This document shows, in pieces, positions 28,813 to 37,358 of a stretch of DNA of 64,000 nt (position 1 is the first letter of the stretch; every line of letters starts with the position of its first letter). A model generated the notes under the pieces. The model was given only the letters and a program-made list of their open reading frames with translations, did not search any database and was not told the origin of the DNA. A program made the translations under genes and the position numbers. The stretch spans positions 124,001-188,000 of IMG/VR virus record IMGVR_UViG_3300033995_001164. One strand, 5' to 3'.

Positions 28813-30482
28813 GATTCTTTTCTTAAAGAACCATCATAGTGGTCAAATCGGTCATGCTCAGTTGGAGTTAATAACAAAATACCTGGTTTAATATTACCTT
28901 TAACAGTTTCCTGATAACAATGAGACATGAGAGTCTGCTCGAATGCGTGCGCCCATTGTGTCTCTAAATAACATTTATAATTACCTATTTTATTTAACAC
29001 AATTGGCCAGTTGGATAAATAGATTTCACCATCAACGTAAGGTAACCCCTGATGTGTTTTAATGTTATTGAATTTAGTTCTTGGTGCGTTTGGGTCTAAT
29101 CCTTGAACAGGTAATAATGGTTTTTCGGGGAATAATTCTACCCTAACATTTTGGGGTACATTGTACCATGAAAATTGTATGTCATTTGAACCATAAAATT
29201 CAGTAAAACTTAATTTTAAAAAATCAAAATTTTCATTTTTAATAATTTGTAATGATTTTGAATATAAGTTTGAAACAAATCTATTAAAACCGTTTTTACA
29301 CACTTCACCTTTTTTAGGGTAAAACGCCATGTCATCTTCAAAAAAGTAATAAAAATCCAAATCAGTTTCATCGAAATGTTCGGCAACAAATACTCTACCA
29401 CCAACAATTCCAATATTATCTTTTTTGATGTGTTCAAATCCATATTCTTCACATAGTTCCTGATATCTTGAAGTTGTCGATAGGTCAGTTGAGTTATCAA
29501 GTAAGAACTTTTTTGGTTTAAGTATGAAGTCCTTATCGTATTCCAACATTGATTTAATTAGGGTTTCAAATTGATTAGGACTATTGAATGTAATAACATA
29601 AAGTCCAACTTTGTTGGTATCCAAGGTATTCTCGACAGACACTTTCCCCTCATTTTTTGGTATTAACTTATCGTCTTTTAAATCTTCAAAAAACTTTCCA
29701 ATTAGTCCACTTGACTCAATTTCAAAATAATTAATTAAATCAGAATGTTTATATGTCATAATACTAAAGATTGATTCTTCAGTACCCATATACCCTTCTT
29801 CTAAAGTTGATTTTAACAATCCATAATAAATTCCGTTAATATCACTTATTGAACTTTTGGGACCACCAAAGAATCCACCTCGAGAAACTTTAGTTACTTC
29901 ATCACCTGCAATTGAATTTAATTTGTCATATTCAAACCCGTGTATTTCGGTCTCAGCTCCATATGGAAAACTGATAAATGAAAACTTTGACACATATTTT
30001 GATAATTTATCAAGAACTTTATCATGAGTAAAATAACCCGGATGTACAGTATTGGTTAAACCTCCATCAATCCAAAACATATATTCCGATTCAAACTTAT
30101 CCATTATTTTTGCGTCGTGTAGTAAGAACACTTTGGACATCACAAGAGGATTATAGTTTTTTAATTTTGCTTGGGTTGATTCCCCTAACCAACCAACTTG
30201 GTCTATCCAACTTGGTCTTGTTCTAATAACTTGAATTATATTGTAAAACTCAGAATTTGTGAACCAAGATAAAGGTCTTTCAATAAATTGAGTGTTTGAT
30301 TCATTTCTTTTTTTGAAAACAAACTCTTTAAGTTCATTATCACCAAATATTATCATATTTTCTTGAACATCTAATAATTGTTCAAATTTATCTAAATAAT
30401 GTTGATAAGACCTAGACCAACCTTCAGATAAGTCACCTCTACCAATATCCCAAATTCCGGTTACTAATGTTATTTTATTCAT
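28809..30482 (-). CDS. HtrL/WlaTC-like protein fused to a GT-A (GT2-like) domain
   Basis: 557 aa; N-terminal TLVTGIWDIGR...MFWIDGG; C-terminal VITFNSP...LLDNS...FFEDD. Confidence 0.65.
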   Translation of the reverse strand: MNKITLVTGIWDIGRGDLSEGWSRSYQHYLDKFEQLLDVQENMIIFGDNELKEFVFKKRNESNTQFIERPLSWFTNSEFYNIIQVIRTRPSWIDQVGWLGESTQAKLKNYNPLVMSKVFLLHDAKIMDKFESEYMFWIDGGLTNTVHPGYFTHDKVLDKLSKYVSKFSFISFPYGAETEIHGFEYDKLNSIAGDEVTKVSRGGFFGGPKSSISDINGIYYGLLKSTLEEGYMGTEESIFSIMTYKHSDLINYFEIESSGLIGKFFEDLKDDKLIPKNEGKVSVENTLDTNKVGLYVITFNSPNQFETLIKSMLEYDKDFILKPKKFLLDNSTDLSTTSRYQELCEEYGFEHIKKDNIGIVGGRVFVAEHFDETDLDFYYFFEDDMAFYPKKGEVCKNGFNRFVSNLYSKSLQIIKNENFDFLKLSFTEFYGSNDIQFSWYNVPQNVRVELFPEKPLLPVQGLDPNAPRTKFNNIKTHQGLPYVDGEIYLSNWPIVLNKIGNYKCYLETQWAHAFEQTLMSHCYQETVKGNIKPGILLLTPTEHDRFDHYDGSLRKES

Positions 30483-30500
30483 ATTATTTTTTAGTTATTT

Positions 30501-31184
30501 TTATTTATAATTTTCGTATATATTATAATATAGGTTAAAAATAGGGGGGACATTAAGAAATGAGTGTACTTTGTGTTCCGAACTTAAAATCCAATTTTCC
30601 GAAGAATATCTATGTTCAAATAAAATAGATTCGTCTAATTTTTTAACATAATTAGATTTGGTCCAAAAAAAGTTACCATTAAATATTTGAATCAACTTTG
30701 TTTTACCTCTAACATTACCGGCATGGTCTTGGTAATTAATTCCACAACAATCAAATCCGTTATCTAATGTTTCAACACAGATTTTCCAATTAGTAATTAA
30801 AAAATGTTCCATCATTAATCTCCACTCTTTAACAGGTTTTTCTCGTATTGACTCGTATTGTGTAACACCTTTAGTATGAAGATAAAGAATATTAGTATTA
30901 TCATTATCGGACATAGAAAATTCTTTAAGTTTACTTAAAGTTTTTGATTCTCCAAATGAATTATTTTCATTAATGAACATTAAATTAAGACTCGGTATTT
31001 TTAATAAAAGTTCCATTAATGTTTCTTCTTCGTTATCAATTTTTTTGTCAAAAAAAACACCAATATTTAATGTTGATACTTCTAATAATCCTGAATTAGT
31101 TAATGATTCAATTTGTTCTTTTACAATATTAACCCAATTATTAATTAAAAAAATGTGATAAAATATTTGTATTTTTTTACCCAT
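30501..31184 (-). CDS. Putative glycosyltransferase-like protein
   Basis: YHIF...LYLHTKG...WR.MMEHF...FNGNFFW pattern. Start moved to ATG 31184, which overlaps the upstream stop. Confidence 0.5.
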   Translation of the reverse strand: MGKKIQIFYHIFLINNWVNIVKEQIESLTNSGLLEVSTLNIGVFFDKKIDNEEETLMELLLKIPSLNLMFINENNSFGESKTLSKLKEFSMSDNDNTNILYLHTKGVTQYESIREKPVKEWRLMMEHFLITNWKICVETLDNGFDCCGINYQDHAGNVRGKTKLIQIFNGNFFWTKSNYVKKLDESILFEHRYSSENWILSSEHKVHSFLNVPPIFNLYYNIYENYK

Positions 31185-31860
31185 AAATTGTGTTAAATGA
31201 TATAAACGATTTATATGATGAGGCATTGGTGGCATTTAGTAAATAATTATAGAATTCGAAATTTTTATTTGGCATATCCTGTATAATGTCCTTAGTAATT
31301 TCCCAAGGAATATGTCTTGCGCTATATGGTAAATTAGTGGCACAACTATGTCCATGAGGATGTCTATCGATATGATATAATGCAAATGTTGTATCAACTA
31401 ACTGTTTTGTCAATAATCCATCAATGATAGTATCTTCACCCCAATTATTTAAACCCCAAGTTTTTAAAAAATGATGATAAGGGGATTCTTCAGATACATT
31501 CCAATTATAAAGTGATAATCCAATTTTTGAATATTCCAAATGGGAATCTAATTTTTCTTTCAATTGGAGTAATGAATTTTTAGGTGTTTTAGATAGGTCT
31601 AAATCAGAGTCAGTGACCACGTAATAATCAAACCCTAATTTATTTGGTAAATTTAAAATCCATGGAGCTCCTTGACCTAAATTTTCAGAATAAATTATTG
31701 TACAAGGATTTGTCTTATACCATTCTAAAAGAGGTTCGTAAGTTGACCCATTATCTAAGATAATAATTTCACCAACATTTTCAAAAGTCTGTAAATCTTC
31801 AACCATTTTTGACGGCCAAGTAAGTAAATTTCTATTATTTATTATTATTGGTATTTTCAT
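31177..31860 (-). CDS. GT2-like glycosyltransferase
   Basis: 227 aa; IIILDNGST and YVVTDSD (DxD). Confidence 0.7.
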   Translation of the reverse strand: MKIPIIINNRNLLTWPSKMVEDLQTFENVGEIIILDNGSTYEPLLEWYKTNPCTIIYSENLGQGAPWILNLPNKLGFDYYVVTDSDLDLSKTPKNSLLQLKEKLDSHLEYSKIGLSLYNWNVSEESPYHHFLKTWGLNNWGEDTIIDGLLTKQLVDTTFALYHIDRHPHGHSCATNLPYSARHIPWEITKDIIQDMPNKNFEFYNYLLNATNASSYKSFISFNTIYG

Positions 31861-33320
31861 TATTTAGTTATTATCCATAATTTATCGTTATTAACTAATT
31901 CTTTATTAGTTACCTCAAACTTATATTCATCTATAATTGAGTTTATAGTTGATATAGTGTAATCTCTATTAGCATATTCAGGGTGTAAATCTTCAATAAA
32001 GTAATAACCCCCCTTTTTTATATGAGGATATAATGTTTTAAAACTAGTTATAATATGTTCCGAAATGTGACTACCATCATCGATAATAAAATCAACCTTA
32101 CCCGATAAATCATATGTTTTAATCATCCTCATTAAATCTTCAGGTTTATTTTGGTCCCCTATAATTGTGGTAATTTTTTCTCTATTACATTTTAAATGGT
32201 TACAGTCTACTATATCAAACCCATAATATTCCATATTAGGGAAAATTAAATCCCAAAATTTTAAACATCCACCAGGAAATCTTGTATCATGTACCCCAAT
32301 TTCAATTATTACTGGAGTTTTATTGATATACTTTGATAACATTTTTTCATAAACCTCACTATACATATGGTTTTCATATATAGAACCTTTATCAATACCC
32401 AACTTATCAGATAATTCGGTAAAACTATTAAAAGTAATGTCCTCATCTAAAATATTTTCTATATTTGTATCCGTTGTATATCCCAAAATACTATCTATCT
32501 TATATTTATTGTTATCTAACAAATCCATAAGGTCTAATATACCTTTTTGTAAATCTAACCAATCCTCAAAATTAAAAAATTTAACATCGTTAGTATGAGT
32601 TAGAATCGATAAAACTTCTTGTTCACTAATTAATTTATTTGTTTTTGTGTAGTATGTTTCAAAAATTGACGAATAATTAGATAAAACTTTTTTAACGGAT
32701 TCACTGTCCCCACCAAATAACCCACCGGGTACTAATTTAAAATCAGTGTTGAACATATCAACTAAAACCGCTTTAAGTTCATAATTTACTTGAATTGATT
32801 CTCCTCTTAAACAAATAAACCCATTATCCGATATTTTTTCATTTATTTTATTTAAAAATAGTTCTGAATGGGCGAAAACATTGATATAATCTCTCCATCT
32901 ATCATGACAACTAGTCCCAAATAAACCAGAATCAATCCATACAACGTTTTTATTATCTTCACACTCATCAAGTAAAAATTGTAATTTATTAAAAATAACT
33001 TCAATATAATTTTTAACACTATAAATTCTATCATGAATTTCCCCTTCAGAAAATTTAAGGTTTCTAATTGGATTTATATTATTAAGATAGTTTTCAGAGT
33101 TTAATTCATGAAATTTTATGGTTATGTTAGGTTGATTAAATTGGTCACCCAAATGATACTTATCATAAGTGTATTGGTTTGTGTAAATCACATACTCAAA
33201 ATCATCAAAAATAATATTTCGTAATGTTTGAGTTAATAATGGGTATGATTTATATACCATACCTCCTCTTGCGTCTTCATAGTTTAACTCGTAAACTGAT
33301 GTCACTATTTTTAGTACCAT
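31860..33320 (-). CDS. HtrL-like domain fused to class I SAM O-methyltransferase
   Basis: 486 aa; VWIDSGL and GGLFGG (HtrL-like); C-terminal IIEIGV, YGFDI, DFIIDDGSH, KGGYYFIEDL. Confidence 0.65.
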   Translation of the reverse strand: MVLKIVTSVYELNYEDARGGMVYKSYPLLTQTLRNIIFDDFEYVIYTNQYTYDKYHLGDQFNQPNITIKFHELNSENYLNNINPIRNLKFSEGEIHDRIYSVKNYIEVIFNKLQFLLDECEDNKNVVWIDSGLFGTSCHDRWRDYINVFAHSELFLNKINEKISDNGFICLRGESIQVNYELKAVLVDMFNTDFKLVPGGLFGGDSESVKKVLSNYSSIFETYYTKTNKLISEQEVLSILTHTNDVKFFNFEDWLDLQKGILDLMDLLDNNKYKIDSILGYTTDTNIENILDEDITFNSFTELSDKLGIDKGSIYENHMYSEVYEKMLSKYINKTPVIIEIGVHDTRFPGGCLKFWDLIFPNMEYYGFDIVDCNHLKCNREKITTIIGDQNKPEDLMRMIKTYDLSGKVDFIIDDGSHISEHIITSFKTLYPHIKKGGYYFIEDLHPEYANRDYTISTINSIIDEYKFEVTNKELVNNDKLWIITK

Positions 33321-34018
33321 TTATCGTGATTGGGAATTAATAAGTTTATATGTTTACTGGAGTTATTATGTAATTCAACCCCATTATTAAATGCAGAAAA
33401 ACACATTTCGTCAATATTTCCTGCGGGTATATTATGTAATTTATCCGAATATTTAATTTCAATACATTTATCCCAAGTGGATAAAAAAGAGTAAAATTTT
33501 TCTTTTTCAATATCCAAAAATTGAATACAGTCTTCCGGCATCCACATATCTTTTTTGTCGTAATTAACACCAAATTTTGATTCGTAATGGGTAAATCGTC
33601 TACCTAACATACTATTAGTCTCAACTTCTTTTTCAAAAAGATATGTTACTTGCCCCGATACACTATTAGGAATGAAACATTCTAAAATATTTTCCCGATT
33701 GAATAATTGTTGATTTGGAATAATATCTGTATCTGTTAAAATTATCTTAGTAAACCCATTATCTAATGCAAATTTTACTGAAAATCTTTTAACCGAGAAA
33801 TCAAAATCATAGTAATTAGTATTATATGTTGAGTATTTTTCATCGTACTCTTTAATATCGGCAACAAATACAAAATCTTCTTTAGTAATTGATTCCGGAC
33901 TATCCGTTACAATAAAAATTTTTGGTTTATCTTTAAGGTTTTTAAATGATTCTATCATTCTATTTGTTTGGTTATAATATCTTTCCCCATAACAAAATGT
34001 TGCAATTGCGTAACTCAT
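33311..34018 (-). CDS. Putative GT-A glycosyltransferase
   Basis: 235 aa; IFIVTD and ILTDTD (DxD) motifs; inside the GT operon. Confidence 0.5.
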   Translation of the reverse strand: MSYAIATFCYGERYYNQTNRMIESFKNLKDKPKIFIVTDSPESITKEDFVFVADIKEYDEKYSTYNTNYYDFDFSVKRFSVKFALDNGFTKIILTDTDIIPNQQLFNRENILECFIPNSVSGQVTYLFEKEVETNSMLGRRFTHYESKFGVNYDKKDMWMPEDCIQFLDIEKEKFYSFLSTWDKCIEIKYSDKLHNIPAGNIDEMCFSAFNNGVELHNNSSKHINLLIPNHDKWY

Positions 34019-34029
34019 ATTATTATTTA

Positions 34030-35295
34030 TTAACTAACATGATTGTGTGTAATTCTTCCTGTTATTCTATCACACCATCCTTTAGATTCAGAGTGAGGCC
34101 ATACAACCCAATAATCAGGTAATGCATCCGTTTGGAATTCTCTCCAAATTTTACAATAACCATCAGGGTCTCTCAACATATTAGTAATTTCGTTTTTATC
34201 CGCATCTTTTCTAAATAAAGTTTCGTCTTTATTATTGTGAAATGCTACCACCCAAAAATCATAATCTTTTTCAGGAACACTAGTATATCCAACATCAACA
34301 CAATGTTTAAACACCATACAAAAACTATTTTTCCATTCTTCTTCTGTTTCAAAATTATATGGATTTGGTGGATAATTTTTATCTAAAGTATGTTTATCAA
34401 TTGCTCGTTTTTCAAATAAAAGTCCTGAATATTTTTCATATTCAGTTAATGTCCTAACAGGCCCAAAGCCATATGGACCATCATGACCTTCTTGAACTTC
34501 TCCATCCATACCAAATAGTTTTCGATTTGTATGATGAGAATGTTTATTCTTATCCCCCCAACTCTTATCGTCATCCCATTGTTTGGTTCTACCTTTTCTA
34601 GTGTATTCATGATAAACCACCGGAATTTGTGGGTGAAATAAATCATAACCCCAAGTATATGCTCTTGCTGCAATTGAAATCTCTTCACCATGGAAGTAAT
34701 ATTCCGGATTATGTTGAACTTCGATTGAAAAGGCACCTAAAGTAAAACAAAAGTGAGCAGAATAGAATCTTGCTGTAACAGGCTTTTTTAATTCTTTCCA
34801 TCCCGGAATTGTCTCAGGTAAAAAGAATACTGCCCCTTCAGGGATGAATCTATCAAACACCATTCTCCAAGCTTCATTTACTCGACCAGCAGGGTCATTT
34901 TCAGGGTCAAAGGATGGAACATAACCCGTAAGTAGAGGCTTCTCATAACCATCCTTTTGTAACCCCTTAATCATTTTAATTAAAATGTCGTCCCAATTTT
35001 TTACAAATCTCATATGGGAATCTATTTGAAGGGTATATGTTTCACCGTCGTATAATTGTTGAGTTAGATTTCTTGCCCAACAAACTCCTTTAGAATCTTC
35101 GTGAGGAATATCAAGTATTCTAAATCTTTTGTCTTTTCTATAGTCTTCTAATTTATCAAATCCGTCTTCTTCACTAAATTGTCTTGCAATCCCAAACGTG
35201 ATGTTTTTAGGTTTTTTTGCGTTTGACAACATATCTTTGATTGTTGGTTCTAATTGTGGGTCTCTATACGACGCGATTTGAACAAATATTTTCAT
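34030..35295 (-). CDS. GT60-like (Gnt1 / polypeptide GlcNAc-transferase-type) glycosyltransferase
   Basis: 421 aa; IFVQIASYRDP, GVCWAR, YTLQIDSHMRF, YFHGEEI, AYTWGYDLF match the family pattern (DSH DxH motif). Confidence 0.75.
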   Translation of the reverse strand: MKIFVQIASYRDPQLEPTIKDMLSNAKKPKNITFGIARQFSEEDGFDKLEDYRKDKRFRILDIPHEDSKGVCWARNLTQQLYDGETYTLQIDSHMRFVKNWDDILIKMIKGLQKDGYEKPLLTGYVPSFDPENDPAGRVNEAWRMVFDRFIPEGAVFFLPETIPGWKELKKPVTARFYSAHFCFTLGAFSIEVQHNPEYYFHGEEISIAARAYTWGYDLFHPQIPVVYHEYTRKGRTKQWDDDKSWGDKNKHSHHTNRKLFGMDGEVQEGHDGPYGFGPVRTLTEYEKYSGLLFEKRAIDKHTLDKNYPPNPYNFETEEEWKNSFCMVFKHCVDVGYTSVPEKDYDFWVVAFHNNKDETLFRKDADKNEITNMLRDPDGYCKIWREFQTDALPDYWVVWPHSESKGWCDRITGRITHNHVS

Positions 35296-35319
35296 ATTAC
35301 TACTTTTTAGTTTAAAAAT

Positions 35320-35350
35320 AAAAAACCCCCGAGATAAGTCGAGGGTTTTT
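35320..35350. terminator. Intrinsic terminator (imperfect stem)
   Basis: AAAAACCCCCGA-GATAAG-TCGAGGGTTTTT. Confidence 0.65.
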
Positions 35351-35363
35351 AAAATATATTTTA

Positions 35364-35759
35364 AATTAAAATGTTATGCGCATTGATTAAAATTATTTAA
35401 ATTAATTTCTCTCACACCACCGGTAATTAAATACCGTGAGTGTCATTCGAATAATGACCATAAGGTGTTATAACCCTAAAACTTATGTTAGAGTATTAGT
35501 TAAAGTTGGTGTATTAGGTTCTTGTCGGCGTTGGAGTTTAAGTTACACTAACCGGTGGGAAAACCCCTTGATTCACTAAAGAGACCGAATTTTTAAAAAA
35601 TGGTGCAATTGAATACGTATTATCTATCAACCATATATTTTTTGATTGGGATGGATTTAATTCAACTTGGTATTCCCATAGTGAATCTTCACATCTTCGG
35701 TAATTAAAGTTCACTAAAGTTGAACCGGTGTTCGTTAAAGTATATTTGCTACATGCCAT
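35364..35759 (-). pseudogene. Truncated fibre-like gene with decayed Pro/Thr linker
   Basis: The 73-aa ORF stops at TAA 35540-35538; the same frame continues TPTPTRT*, and a +1 frame gives PNTPTLTNTLT*. Confidence 0.5.
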
Positions 35760-35879
35760 GTTATTTCTATTTAAATATAAATACTACGATAGTATTGATT
35801 TTATGTTTTTATGCTAAAAAAAAATATAATTGACCCTTATCACCGAGATTAATGAACCGTAGGGTCTGTGGGTTAATTT

Positions 35880-36740
35880 TTAATTAATATTAGTTGATGT
35901 TACTGTTGGGGTTGGAGTTGAACCAGTAGGGGAAATACCTTGTTTTAATCTAATAGAATATCCTTTACCTTTACTATCAGGTCCGTGATAAACATCGGTA
36001 CGCCCGTAATTTAAGTTCATAACCATTACTGAACCACCAATTTCTGTGGTCGTCCAAAAACTTGCACGTTCATTAAGTAAATCTGGAAAACCTCCATCGG
36101 ACATAACACCACTAGGAACGCCTGAGAAACCGATTTCGTTTGTTGCACCTGCATTAGGAGCGTACCATAATCCGTTATTGTCTTCTATTGTACCCGTTGT
36201 TTTTAACTTCCCACCAGCAATAGAATTACCCCCTAAACATATCTCAAAAGTATCCCAATCAGATTCACTTGGAACTATATAACCCACCGAACCAATTCCT
36301 CTACTATCCTCAACAACATACCAATTATATAGTTTACCATAAATTATACCAATATCAAAATCAAAGTTATAATAACACCAAGCAGGCGTTTGATTAGTGT
36401 TAGCATCAGCCCATTCTGTACTGTTTATTGCTTGTGGTATTATATCCCCATTTCTAAACGTTGTACCGTTGAAATTTTCGGTCATCCAACCATCGAGACA
36501 AGTTGGTATTGGTGTTGTTGTGGGTGTAGGTGTTGGAGTCGGTTCCGGAACTTCTAAACTATATGTGTAACCATATGTAGGAACATAACAATTATAAGTC
36601 CCATAGATATATCCTGAGAGGTAATTAAATGGAAATACTTGAGTCCCAAGATTAACTGTCCCCCCTGATAGAGGTAAAAATGTTACATCAGTGGTTTGTC
36701 CACTTAAATTATTACTTAAAATCCTTATTCCAATTGGCAT
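35880..36740 (-). CDS. Fibre/adhesin-like protein with Fib_succ_major (FISUMP) domain and PT linkers
   Basis: 286 aa; [13 protein letters not shown] linker, then WMTENF...AWCYYN...YGKLYNW...VPSESDW...FWTTT...GYSIR. Confidence 0.75.
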   Translation of the reverse strand: MPIGIRILSNNLSGQTTDVTFLPLSGGTVNLGTQVFPFNYLSGYIYGTYNCYVPTYGYTYSLEVPEPTPTPTPTTTPIPTCLDGWMTENFNGTTFRNGDIIPQAINSTEWADANTNQTPAWCYYNFDFDIGIIYGKLYNWYVVEDSRGIGSVGYIVPSESDWDTFEICLGGNSIAGGKLKTTGTIEDNNGLWYAPNAGATNEIGFSGVPSGVMSDGGFPDLLNERASFWTTTEIGGSVMVMNLNYGRTDVYHGPDSKGKGYSIRLKQGISPTGSTPTPTVTSTNIN

Positions 36741-36777
36741 ATCAATAAATACTCAATTATTTTATTTTATCTTATTT

Positions 36778-37347
36778 CTAAAAACAAAGACCCTGATTTA
36801 TTATTAATGTTCCGGATATTTGTATAAACCTAGCACCATCAGATATTGTAAAATTGGCGTTAATTGGAGGGAATGTCATAGTCTTATCTCCAAATACGTG
36901 GTCACCAACAGTCAATAATGAAAAAGGTTTCGTCGAATATACCGCAACATTTGCGGGATTGGCAAATGAATTAACTGACTCACAAACATTTTGATACCAA
37001 CCTCCCGTTCTTAAATTTTGAACATACAATGGTGATGGTGTAATCGACGGTGTTACGGTATTTGTAGGGGTTGGAGTTTGTGTCGTTGGAGTTGCAGATA
37101 AACTAACCGTAGGGGTAACCGTAGGAGTTACCGTAGAAGTTGCAGTAGATGTTGGACATAATCCAATATTAGCGATTGTTAAAGGTGCACCATAATCTTC
37201 CTGAACTAATTCGTTGGCACAAACATAATCCGTTTGTAATGGATTAATTTGTGAGACATTTACAATTCCAGTACACCCTGTCCATGTATAATACCCTATT
37301 TGAATATTATTATAATTTACTATTCTAAAATAATTACAATTGACCAT
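36778..37347 (-). CDS. Small virion decoration/fibre-like protein with Thr/Pro linker
   Basis: 189 aa; two Cys-containing modules joined by TSTATSTVTPTVTP...TPTPTNTVTPS. Confidence 0.7.
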   Translation of the reverse strand: MVNCNYFRIVNYNNIQIGYYTWTGCTGIVNVSQINPLQTDYVCANELVQEDYGAPLTIANIGLCPTSTATSTVTPTVTPTVSLSATPTTQTPTPTNTVTPSITPSPLYVQNLRTGGWYQNVCESVNSFANPANVAVYSTKPFSLLTVGDHVFGDKTMTFPPINANFTISDGARFIQISGTLIINQGLCF

Positions 37348-37358
37348 ATATGACGTTG

